From NCBI GenBank assembly GCA_964057225.1, contig OZ059896.1, forward strand, positions 21,390,001 to 21,454,000: a DNA stretch of 64,000 nt. The letters are read 5' to 3'. Positions 24,401-37,400 of this stretch are shown piece after piece. Below the pieces are notes generated by a model that saw only the letters and a program-made list of their open reading frames with translations, was not told the DNA's origin and did no database searches. This DNA is from Auanema rhodensis. Taxonomy: Eukaryota > Animalia > Nematoda. Every line of letters starts with the position of its first letter. Within the stretch, counting starts at the first letter, position 1. Both the position numbers and the translations under genes were made by a program.

Positions 24401-27400
24401 AAAAATTTCAAAATAATTTAGCAAAAAGTAGATGTTTTTAGATTCCTTTTTTTAAAGCAAAGACGATGGACGATGTTATTCAACGAAAAAATTAATTCTT
24501 CAGAGTGAAAATCGAGGATATAAGTGTGCACTTATATCAGTTGATATCTCGGTGCATTTTTAAGCTAGCGCAAATCTGATAACACAGATCGACGCAGCTT
24601 AAAAATCCGCATCGAATGCACTATACCACATTGAGAAACGCTTAATACAAAAATTAGTTATGATCGTTTGAAAAATGATGCATTAGTGTATGTTGAGTTT
24701 CCATGTACACTCAACATTGCTTCCAAAAACATTTTGACAAAAATTTTTTCGAAAAATTTCAAAATAATTTAGCAAAAAGTAGATGTTTTTAGATTCCTTT
24801 TTTTAAGGCAAAGACGATGGACAATGTTATTCAACGAAAAAATTAATTCTTCAGGGTGAAAATCGAGGATATAAGTGTGAACTTATATCAGTTGATATCT
24901 CGGTGCATCTTTAAGCTAGCGCAAATCTGATAACACAGATCGACGCAGCTTAAAAATCCGCATCGAATGCACTATACCACATTGAGAAACGCTTAATACA
25001 AAAATTAGTTATGATCGTTTGAAAAATGATGCATTAGTGTATGTTGAGTTTCCATGTACACTCAACATTGCTTCCAAAAACATTTTGACAAAAATTTTTT
25101 CGAAAAATTTCAAAATAATTTAGCAAAAAGTAGATGTTTTTAGATTCCTTTTTTTAAGGCAAAGACGATGGACGATGTTATTCAACGAAAAAATTAATTC
25201 TTCAGGGTGAAAATCGAGGATATAAGTGTGCACTTATATCAGTTGATATCTCGGTGCATTTTTAAGCTAGCGCAAATCTGATAACACAGATCGACGCAGC
25301 TTAAAAATCCGCATCGAATGCACTATACCACATTAAGAAACGCTTAATACAAAAATTAGTTATGATCGTTTGAAAAATGATGCATTAGTGTATGTTGAGT
25401 TTCCATGTACACTCAACATTGCTTCCAAAAACATTTTGACAAAAATTTTTTCGAAAAATTTCAAAATAATTTAGCAAAAAGTAGATGTTTTTAGATTCCT
25501 TTTTTTAAAGCAAAGACGATGGACGATGTTATTCAACGAAAAAATTAATTCTTCAGAGTGAAAATCGAGGATATAAGTGTGCACTTATATCAGTTGATAT
25601 CTCGGTGCATTTTTAAGCTAGCGCAAATCTGATAACACAGATCGACGCAGCTTAAAAATCCGCATCGAATGCACTATACCACATTGAGAAACGCTTAATA
25701 CAAAAATTAGTTATGATCGTTTGAAAAATGATGCATTAGTGTATGTTGAGTTTCCATGTACACTCAACATTGCTTCCAAAAACATTTTGACAAAAATTTT
25801 TTCGAAAAATTTCAAAATAATTTAGCAAAAAGTAGATGTTTTTAGATTCCTTTTTTTAAGGCAAAGACGATGGACAATGTTATTCAACGAAAAAATTAAT
25901 TCTTCAGGGTGAAAATCGAGGATATAAGTGTGAACTTATATCAGTTGATATCTCGGTGCATTTTTAAGCTAGCGCAAATCTGATAACACAGATCGACGCA
26001 GCTTAAAAATCCGCATCGAATGCACTATACCACATTGAGAAACGCTTAATACAAAAATTAGTTATGATCGTTTGAAAAATGATGCATTAGTGTATGTTGA
26101 GTTTCCATGTACACTCAACATTGCTTCCAAAAACATTTTGACAAAAATTTTTTCGAAAAATTTCAAAATAATTTAGCAAAAAGTAGATGTTTTTAGATTC
26201 CTTTTTTTAAGGCAAAGACGATGGACGATGTTATTCAACGAAAAAATTAATTCTTCAGGGTGAAAATCGAGGATATAAGTGTGCACTTATATCAGTTGAT
26301 ATCTCGGTGCATTTTTAAGCTAGCGCAAATCTGATAACACAGATCGACGCAGCTTAAAAATCCGCATCGAATGCACTATACTACATTGAGAAACGCTTAA
26401 TACAAAAAATAGTTATGATCGTTTGAAAAATGATGCATTAGTGTATGTTGAGTTTCCATGTACACTCAACATTGCTTCCAAAAACATTTTGACAAAAATT
26501 TTTTCGAAAATTTTCAAAATAATTTAGCAAAAAGTAGATGTTTTTAGATTCCTTTTTTCAAGGCAAAGACGATGAACAATGTTATTCAACGAAAAAATCA
26601 ATTCTTCAGGGTGAAAATCGAGGATATAAGTGTGAACTTATATCAGTTGATATCTCGGTGCATTTTTAAGCTAGCGCAAATCTGATAACACAGATCGACG
26701 CAGCTTGAAAATCCGCATCGAATGTACTATACTACATTGAGAAACGCTTAATACAAAAATTAGTTATGATCGTTTGAAAAATGATGCCTTAGTGTATGTT
26801 GAGTTTCCATGTACACTCAACATTGCTTCCAAAAACATTTTGACAAAAATTTTTTCGAAAAATTTCAAAATAATTTAGCAAAAAGTAGATGTTTTTAGAT
26901 TCCTTTTTTTAAGGCAAAGACGATGGACAATGTTATTCAACGAAAAAATTAATTCTTCAGGGTGAAAATCGAGGATATAAGTGTGAACTTATATCAGTTG
27001 ATATCTCGGTGCATTTTTAAGCTAGCGCAAATCTGATAACACAGATCGACGCAGCTTAAAAATCCGCATCGAATGCACTTTACTACTTTGAGAAACGCTT
27101 AATACTAAAGTTAGTTATGATCGTTTGAAAATTGATGCATTAGTGTATGTTGAGTTTCCATGTACACTCAACATTGCTTCCAAAAACATTTTGACAAAAG
27201 TTTTTTCGAAAAATTTTCAAAATAATTTAGCGAAAAGTAGATGTTTTTAGATTCCTTTTTTCAAGGCAAAGACGATGGACAATGTTATTCAACAAAAAAA
27301 TTAATTCTTCAGGGTGAAAATCGAGGATATAAGTGTGCACTTATATCAGTTGATATCTCGGTGCATTTTTAAGCTAGCGCAAATCTGATAACACAGATCG

Positions 27401-27605
27401 ACGCAGCTTAAAAATCCGCATCGAATGCACTATACTACATTGAGAAACGCTCAATACAAAAATTAGTTATGATCGTTTGAAAAATGATGCCTTAGTGTAT
27501 TTTGAGTTTCCATGTACACTCAACATTGCTTCCAAAAACATTTTGACAAAAATTTTTTCGAAAAATTTCAAAATAATTTAGCAAAAAGTAGATGTTTTTA
27601 GATTC
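18490..27605. repeat. Near-identical ~12-monomer block duplicated at a 14-monomer offset (4915 bp)
   Basis: Variants recur at +4915: TTAATAATCC 18635/23550, ACAAATATT 19386/24301, GCATCTTT 19994/24909, ATACTAAAG 22191/27106, and a 1-bp T insertion at 22299/27214. Confidence 0.9.
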
Positions 27606-27831
27606 CTTTTTTCAAGGCAAAGACGATGGACAATGTTATTCAACAAAAAAATTAATTCTTCAGGGTGAAAATCGAGGATATAAGTGTGCACTTATATCAG
27701 TTGATATCTTGGTGCATTTTCAAGCTAGCGCAAATCTGATAACACAGATCGACGCAGCTCAAAAATCCGCATCGAATGCACTATACTACATTGAGAATCG
27801 CTTAATACAAAAATTAGTTATGATCGTTTGA
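27592..27831 (+). other. Satellite-derived 79-aa ORF, probably spurious; also at 32520-32759, 39554-39793 and 46574-46813
   Basis: The ORF exists only where three in-frame TAA positions of the satellite are all CAA. It shows no recognisable domain and no gene context. Confidence refers to real coding function. Confidence 0.05.
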
Positions 27832-30800
27832 AAATTGATGCATTAGTGTATGTTGAGTTTCCATGTACACTCAACATTGCTTCCAAAAACATTTTGACAA
27901 AAACTTTTTCGAAAAATTTCAAAATAATTTAGCAAAAAGTAGATGTTTTTAGATTCCTTTTTTCAAGGCAAAGACGATGGACAATGTTATTCAACGAAAA
28001 AATTAATTCTTCAGGGTGAAAATCGAGGATATAAGTGTGAACTTATATCAGTTGATATATCGGTGCATTTTTAAGCTAGCGCAAATCTGATAACACAGAT
28101 CGACGCAGCTTAAAAATCCGCATCGAATGCACTTTACTACTTTGAGAAACGCTTAATACAAAAGTTAGTTATGATCGTTTGAAAATTGATGCATTAGTGT
28201 ATGTTGAGTTTCCATGTACACTCAACATTGCTTCCAAAAACATTTTGACAAAAGTTTTTTCGAAAAATTTCAAAATAATTTAGCAAAAAGTAGATGTTTT
28301 TAGATTCCTTTTTTCAAGGCAAAGACGATGGACAATGTTATTCAACAAAAAAATTAATTCTTCAGGGTGAAAATCGAGGATATAAGTGTGAACTTATATC
28401 AGTTGATATCTCGGTGCATTTTTAAGCTAGCGCAAATCTGATAACACAGATCGACGCAGCTTGAAAATCCGCATCGAATGTACTATACTACATTGAGAAA
28501 CGCTTAATACAAAAATTAGTTATGATCGTTTGAAAATTGATGCATTAGTGTATGTTGAGTTTCCATGTACACTCAACATTGCTTCCAAAAACATTTTGAC
28601 AAAAGTTTTTTCGAAAAATTTCAAAATAATTTAGCAAAAAGTAGATGTTTTTAGATTCCTTTTTTCAAGGCAAAGACGATGGACAATGTTATTCAACGAA
28701 AAAATTAATTCTTCAGGGTGAAAATCGAGGATATAAGTGTGAACTTATATCAGTTGATATATCGGTGCATTTTTAAGCTAGCGCAAATCTGATAACACAG
28801 ATCGACGCAGCTTAAAAATCCGCATCGAATGCACTTTACTACTTTGAAAAACGCTTAATACAAAAGTTAGTTATGATCGTTTGAAAATTGATGCATTAGT
28901 GTATGTTGAGTTTCCATGTACACTCAACATTGCTTCCAAAAACATTTTGACAAAAGTTTTTTCGAAAAATTTCAAAATAATTTAGCAAAAAGTAGATGTT
29001 TTTAGATTCCTTTTTTCAAGGCAAAGACGATGGACAATGTTATTCAACAAAAAAATTAATTCTTCAGGGTGAAAATCGAGGATATAAGTGTGAACTTATA
29101 TCAGTTGATATCTCGGTGCATTTTTAAGCTAGCGCAAATCTGATAACACAGATCGACGCAGCTTGAAAATCCGCATCGAATGTACTATACTACATTGAGA
29201 AACGCTTAATACAAAAATTAGTTATGATCGTTTGAAAATTGATGCATTAGTGTATGTTGAGTTTCCATGTACACTCAACATTGCTTCCAAAAACATTTTG
29301 ACAAAAGTTTTTTCGAAAAATTTCAAAATAATTTAGCAAAAAGTAGATGTTTTTAGATTCCTTTTTTCAAGGCAAAGTCGATGGACAATGTTATTCAACG
29401 AAAAAATTAATTCTTCAGGGTGAAAATCGAGGATATAAGTGTGAACTTATATCAGTTGATATCTCGGTGCATTTTTAAGCTAGCGCAAATCTCATAATAC
29501 AGATCGACGCAGCTTAAAAATCCGCATCGAATGCACTATACTACATTGAGAAACGCTCAATACAAAAATTAGTTATGATCGTTTGAAAAATGATGCCTTA
29601 GTGTATTTTGAGTTTCCATGTACACTCAACATTGCTTCCAAAAACATTTTGACAAAAATTTTTTCGAAAAATTTCAAAATAATTTAGCAAAAAGTAGATG
29701 TTTTTAGATTTCTTTTTTTAAGGCAAAGACGATGGAAAATGTTATTCAACAAAAAAATTTATTCTTCAGGGTGAAAATCGAGGATATAAGTGTGCACTTA
29801 TATCAGTTGATATCTCGGTGCATTTTTAAGCTAGCGCAAATCTGATAACACAGATCGACGAAGCTTAAAAATCCGCATCGAATGCACTTTACTACATTGA
29901 GAAACGCTTAATACACAAATTAGTTATGATCGTTTGAAAAATGATGCCTTAGTGTATGTTGAGTTTCCATGTACACTCAACATTGCTTCCAAAAACATTT
30001 TGACAAAAATTTTTTCGAAAAATTTCAAAATAATTTAGCAAAAAGTAGATGTTTTTAGATTCCTTTTTTCAAGGCAAAGACGATGGACAATGTTATTCAA
30101 CGAAAAAATTAATTCTTCAGGGTGAAAATCGAGGATATAAGTGTGAACTTATATCAGTTGATATCTCGGTGCATTTTTAAGCTAGCGCAAATCTGATAAC
30201 ACAGATCGACGCAGCTCAAAAATCCGCATCGAATGCACTATACTACATTGAGAATCGCTTAATACAAAAATTAGTTATGATCGTTTGAAAATTGATGCAT
30301 TAGTGTATGTTGAGTTTCCATGTACACTCAACATTGCTTCCAAAAACATTTTGACAAAAACTTTTTCGAAAAATTTCAAAATAATTTAGCAAAAAGTAGA
30401 TGTTTTTAGATTCCTTTTTTCAAGGCAAAGACGATGGACAATGTTATTCAACGAAAAAATTAATTCTTCAGGGTGAAAATCGAGGATATAAGTGTGAACT
30501 TATATCAGTTGATATCTCGGTGCATTTTTAAGCTAGCGCAAATCTCATAACACAGATCGACGCAGCTTGAAAATCCGCATCGAATGCACTATACTACATT
30601 GAGAAACGCTTAATACAAAAATTAGTTATGATCGTTTGAAAAATGATGCCTTAGTGTATGTTGAGTTTCCATGTACACTCAACATTGCTTCCAAAAACAT
30701 TTTGACAAAAACTTTTTCGAAAAATTTCAAAATAATTTAGCAAAAAGTAGATGTTTTTAGATTCCTTTTTTCAAGGCAAAGACGATGGACAATGTTATTC

Positions 30801-31435
30801 AACGAAAAAATTAATTCTTCAGGGTGAAAATCGAGGATATAAGTGTGAACTTATATCAGTTGATATCTCGGTGCATTTTTAAGCTAGCGCAAATCTCATA
30901 ACACAGATCGACGCAGCTTGAAAATCCGCATCGAATGCACTATACTACATTGAGAAACGCTTAATACAAAAATTAGTTATGATCGTTTGAAAAATGATGC
31001 CTTAGTGTATGTTGAGTTTCCATGTACACTCAACATTGCTTCCAAAAACATTTTGACAAAAATTTTTTCGAAACATTTCAAAATAATTTAGCAAAAAGTA
31101 GATGTTTTTAGATTCCTTTTTTCAAGGCAAAGACGATGGACAATGTTATTCAACGAAAAAATTAATTCTTCAGGGTGAAAATCGAGGATATAAGTGTGAA
31201 CTTATATCAGTTGATATCTCGGTGCATTTTTAAGCTAGCGCAAATCTGATAACACAGATCGACGCAGCTTAAAAATCCGCATCGAATGCACTTTACTACA
31301 TTGAGAAACGCTTAATACAAAAATTAGTTATGATCGTTTGAAAAATGATGCATTAGTGTATGTTGAGTTTCCATGTACACTCAACATTGCTTCCAAAAAC
31401 ATTTTGACAAAAATTTTTTCGAAAAATTTCAAAAT

Positions 31436-31449
31436 TTCAAATTTAATTT
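31436..31449. other. 14-bp insertion (TTCAAATTTAATTT) giving a 365-bp monomer; second copy at 33907-33920
   Basis: Monomer starts at 31242 and 31607 are 365 apart. The identical insert recurs 2471 bp (7x351+14) downstream. Confidence 0.92.
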
Positions 31450-34400
31450 AATTTAGCAAAAAGTAGATGTTTTTAGATTCCTTTTTTCAAGGCAAAGACG
31501 ATGGACAATGTTATTCAACGAAAAAATTAATTCTTCAGGGTGAAAATCGAGGATATAAGTGTGAACTTATATCAGTTGATATCTCGGTGCATTTTTAAGC
31601 TAGCGCAAATCTCATAACACAGATCGACGCAGCTTGAAAATCCGCATCGAATGCACTATACTACATTGAGAAACGCTTAATACAAAAATTAGTTATGATC
31701 GTTTGAAAAATGATGCCTTAGTGTATGTTGAGTTTCCATGTACACTCAACATTGCTTCCAAAAACATTTTGACAAAAATTTTTTCGAAACATTTCAAAAT
31801 AATTTAGCAAAAAGTAGATGTTTTTAGATTCCTTTTTTCAAGGCAAAGAAGATGGACAATGTTATTCAACGAAAAAATTAATTCTTCAGGGTGAAAATCG
31901 AGGATATAAGTGTGAACTTATATCAGTTGATATCTCGGTGCATTTTTAAGCTAGCGCAAATCTGATAACACAGATCGACGCAGCTTAAAAATCCGCATCG
32001 AATGCACTTTACTACATTGAGAAACGCTTAATACAAAAATTAGTTATGATCGTTTGAAAAATGATGCATTAGTGTATGTTGACTTTCCATGTACACTCAA
32101 CATTGCTTCCAAAAACATTTTGACAAAAATTTTTTCGAAAAATTTCAAAATAATTTAGCAAAAAGTAGATGTTTTTAGATTCCTTTTTTTAAGGCAAAGA
32201 CGATGGACAATGTTATTCAACAAAAAAATTTATTCTTCAGGGTGAAAATCGAGGATATAAGTGTGCACTTATATCAGTTGATATCTCGGTGCATTTTTAA
32301 GCTAGCGCAAATCTGATAACACAGATCGACGAAGCTTAAAAATCCGCATCGAATGCACTATACTACATTGAGAAACGCTTAATACAAAAATTAGTTATGA
32401 TCGTTTGAAAAATGATGCCTTAGTGTATGTTGAGTTTCCATGTACACTCAACATTGCTTCCAAAAACATTTTGACAAAAATTTTTTCGAAAAATTTCAAA
32501 ATAATTTAGCAAAAAGTAGATGTTTTTAGATTCCTTTTTTCAAGGCAAAGACGATGGACAATGTTATTCAACGAAAAAATTAATTCTTCAGAGTGAAAAT
32601 CGAGGATATAAGTGTGCACTTATATCAGTTGATATCTTGGTGCATTTTCAAGCTAGCGCAAATCTGATAACACAGATCGACGCAGCTCAAAAATCCGCAT
32701 CGAATGCACTATACTACATTGAGAATCGCTTAATACAAAAATTAGTTATGATCGTTTGAAAATTGATGCATTAGTGTATGTTGAGTTTCCATGTACACTC
32801 AACATTGCTTCCAAAAACATTTTGACAAAAACTTTTTCGAAAAATTTCAAAATAATTTAGCAAAAAGTAGATGTTTTTAGATTCCTTTTTTCAAGGCAAA
32901 GACGATGGACAATGTTATTCAACGAAAAAATTAATTCTTCAGGGTGAAAATCGAGGATATAAGTGTGAACTTATATCAGTTGATATCTCGGTGCATTTTT
33001 AAGCTAGCGCAAATCTCATAACACAGATCGACGCAGCTTGAAAATCCGCATCGAATGCACTATACTACATTGAGAAACGCTTAATACAAAAATTAGTTAT
33101 GATCGTTTGAAAAATGATGCCTTAGTGTATGTTGAGTTTCCATGTACACTCAACATTGCTTCCAAAAACATTTTGACAAAAACTTTTTCGAAAAATTTCA
33201 AAATAATTTAGCAAAAAGTAGATGTTTTTAGATTCCTTTTTTCAAGGCAAAGACGATGGACAATGTTATTCAACGAAAAAATTAATTCTTCAGGGTGAAA
33301 ATCGAGGATATAAGTGTGAACTTATATCAGTTGATATCTCGGTGCATTTTTAAGCTAGCGCAAATCTCATAACACAGATCGACGCAGCTTGAAAATCCGC
33401 ATCGAATGCACTATACTACATTGAGAAACGCTTAATACAAAAATTAGTTATGATCGTTTGAAAAATGATGCCTTAGTGTATGTTGAGTTTCCATGTACAC
33501 TCAACATTGCTTCCAAAAACATTTTGACAAAAATTTTTTCGAAACATTTCAAAATAATTTAGCAAAAAGTAGATGTTTTTAGATTCCTTTTTTCAAGGCA
33601 AAGACGATGGACAATGTTATTCAACGAAAAAATTAATTCTTCAGGGTGAAAATCGAGGATATAAGTGTGAACTTATATCAGTTGATATCTCGGTGCATTT
33701 TTAAGCTAGCGCAAATCTGATAACACAGATCGACGCAGCTTAAAAATCCGCATCGAATGCACTTTACTACATTGAGAAACGCTTAATACAAAAATTAGTT
33801 ATGATCGTTTGAAAAATGATGCATTAGTGTATGTTGAGTTTCCATGTACACTCAACATTGCTTCCAAAAACATTTTGACAAAAATTTTTTCGAAAAATTT
33901 CAAAATTTCAAATTTAATTTAATTTAGCAAAAAGTAGATGTTTTTAGATTCCTTTTTTCAAGGCAAAGACGATGGACAATGTTATTCAACGAAAAAATTA
34001 ATTCTTCAGGGTGAAAATCGAGGATATAAGTGTGAACTTATATCAGTTGATATCTCGGTGCATTTTTAAGCTAGCGCAAATCTGATAACACAGATCGACG
34101 CAGCTTAAAAATCCGCATCGAATGCACTATACCACATTGAGAAACGCTTAATACAAAAATTAGTTATGATCGTTTGAAAATTGATGCATTAGTGTAAGTT
34201 GAGTTTCCATGTACACTCTACATTGCTTCCAAAAACATTTTGACAAAAATTTTTTCGAAAAATTTCAAAATAATTTAGCAAAAAGTAGATGTTTTAAGAT
34301 TCCTTTTTTCAAGGCAAAGACGATGGACAATGTTATTCAACGAAAAAATTAATTCTTCAGGGTGAAAATCGAGGATATAAGTGTGAACTTATATCAGATG

Positions 34401-37400
34401 ATATCTCGATGCATTTTTAAGCTAGCGCAAATCTGATAACACAGATCGACGCAGCTTAAAAATCCGCATCGAATGCACTATACCACATTGAGAAACGCTT
34501 AATACAAAAATTAGTTATGATCGTTTGAAAATTGATGCATTAGTGTATGTTGAGTTTCCATGTACACTCAACATTGCTTCCAAAAACATTTTGACAAAAA
34601 CTTTTTCGAAAAATTTCAAAATAATTTAGCAAAAAGTAGATGTTTTTAGATTCCTTTTTTCAAGGCAAAGACGATGGACAATGTTATTCAACGAAAAAAT
34701 TAATTCTTCAGGGTGAAAATCGAGGATATAAGTGTGAACTTATATCAGTTGATATCTCGGTGCATTTTTAAGCTAGCGCAAATCTGTTAACACAGATCGA
34801 CGCAGCTTAAAAATCCGCATTGAATGCACTATACTACATTGAGAAACGCTTAATACAAAAATTAGTTATGATTGTTTGAAAAATGATGCATTAGTGTATG
34901 TTGAGTTTCCATGTACACTCAACATTGCTTCCAAAAACATTTTGACAAAAATTTTTTCGAAAAATTTCAAAATAATTTAGCAAAAAGTAGATGTTTTTAG
35001 ATTCCTTTTTTTAAGGCAAAGACGATGGACAATGTTATTCAACAAAAAAATTTATTCTTCAGGGTGAAAATCGAGGATATAAGTGTGCACTTATATCAGT
35101 TGATATCTCGGTGCATTTTTAAGCTAGCGCAAATCTGATAACACAGATCGACGAAGCTTAAAAATCCGCATCGAATGCACTATACTACATTGAGAAACGC
35201 TTAATACAAAAGTTAGTTATGATCGTTTGAAAATTGATGCATTAGTGTATGTTGAGTTTCCATGTACACTCAACATTGCTTCCAAAAACATTTTGACAAA
35301 AACTTTTTCGAAAAATTTCAAAATAATTTAGCAAAAAGTAGATGTTTTTAGATTCCTTTTTTCAAGGCAAAGACGATGGACAATGTTATTCAACGAAAAA
35401 ATTAATTCTTCAGGGTGAAAATCGAGGATATAAGTGTGAACTTATATCAGTTGATATCTCGGTGCATTTTTAAGCTAGCGCAAATCTGATAACACAGATC
35501 GACGCAGCTTAAAAATCCGCATCGAATGCACTTTACTACTTTGAGAAACGCTTAATACAAAAGTTAGTTATGATCGTTTGAAAATTGATGCATTAGTGTA
35601 TGTTGAGTTTCCATGTACACTCAACATTGCTTCCAAAAACATTTTGACAAAAATTTTTTCGAAAAATTTCAAAATAATTTAGCAAAAAGTAGATGTTTTT
35701 AGATTCCTTTTTTCAAGGCAAAGACGATGGACAATGTTATTCAACGAAAAAATTAATTCTTCAGGGTGAAAATCGAGGATATAAGTGTGAACTTATATCA
35801 GTTGATATCTCGGTGCATTTTTAAGCTAGCGCAAATCTGATAACACAGATCGACGCAGCTTAAAAATCCGCATTGAATGCACTATACTACATTGAGAAAC
35901 GCTTAATACAAAAATTAGTTATGATTGTTTGAAAAATGATGCATTAGTGTATGTTGAGTTTCCATGTACACTCAACATTGCTTCCAAAAACATTTTGACA
36001 AAAATTTTTTCGAAAAATTTCAAAATAATTTAGCAAAAAGTAGATGTTTTTAGATTCCTTTTTTCAAGGCAAAGACGATGGACAATGTTATTCAACGAAA
36101 AAATTAATTCTTCAGGGTGAAAATCGAGGATATAAGTGTGAACTTATATCAGTTGATATCTCGGTGCATTTTTAAGCTAGCGCAAATCTGTTAACACAGA
36201 TCGACGCAGCTTAAAAATCCGCATTGAATGCACTATACTACATTGAGAAACGCTTAATACAAAAATTAGTTATGATTGTTTGAAAAATGATGCATTAGTG
36301 TATGTTGAGTTTCCATGTACACTCAACATTGCTTCCAAAAACATTTTGACAAAAATTTTTTCGAAAAATTTCAAAATAATTTAGCAAAAAGTAGATGTTT
36401 TTAGATTCCTTTTTTTAAGGCAAAGACGATGGACAATGTTATTCAACAAAAAAATTTATTCTTCAGGGTGAAAATCGAGGATATAAGTGTGCACTTATAT
36501 CAGTTGATATCTCGGTGCATTTTTAAGCTAGCGCAAATCTGATAACACAGATCGACGAAGCTTAAAAATCCGCATCGAATGCACTATACTACATTGAGAA
36601 ACGCTTAATACAAAAGTTAGTTATGATCGTTTGAAAATTGATGCATTAGTGTATGTTGAGTTTCCATGTACACTCAACATTGCTTCCAAAAACATTTTGA
36701 CAAAAACTTTTTCGAAAAATTTCAAAATAATTTAGCAAAAAGTAGATGTTTTTAGATTCCTTTTTTCAAGGCAAAGACGATGGACAATGTTATTCAACGA
36801 AAAAATTAATTCTTCAGGGTGAAAATCGAGGATATAAGTGTGAACTTATATCAGTTGATATCTCGGTGCATTTTTAAGCTAGCGCAAATCTGATAACACA
36901 GATCGACGCAGCTTAAAAATCCGCATCGAATGCACTTTACTACTTTGAGAAACGCTTAATACAAAAGTTAGTTATGATCGTTTGAAAATTGATGCATTAG
37001 TGTATGTTGAGTTTCCATGTACACTCAACATTGCTTCCAAAAACATTTTGACAAAAATTTTTTCGAAAAATTTCAAAATAATTTAGCAAAAAGTAGATGT
37101 TTTTAGATTCCTTTTTTCAAGGCAAAGACGATGGACAATGTTATTCAACGAAAAAATTAATTCTTCAGGGTGAAAATCGAGGATATAAGTGTGAACTTAT
37201 ATCAGTTGATATCTCGGTGCATTTTTAAGCTAGCGCAAATCTGATAACACAGATCGACGCAGCTTAAAAATCCGCATTGAATGCACTATACTACATTGAG
37301 AAACGCTTAATACAAAAATTAGTTATGATTGTTTGAAAAATGATGCATTAGTGTATGTTGAGTTTCCATGTACACTCAACATTGCTTCCAAAAACATTTT

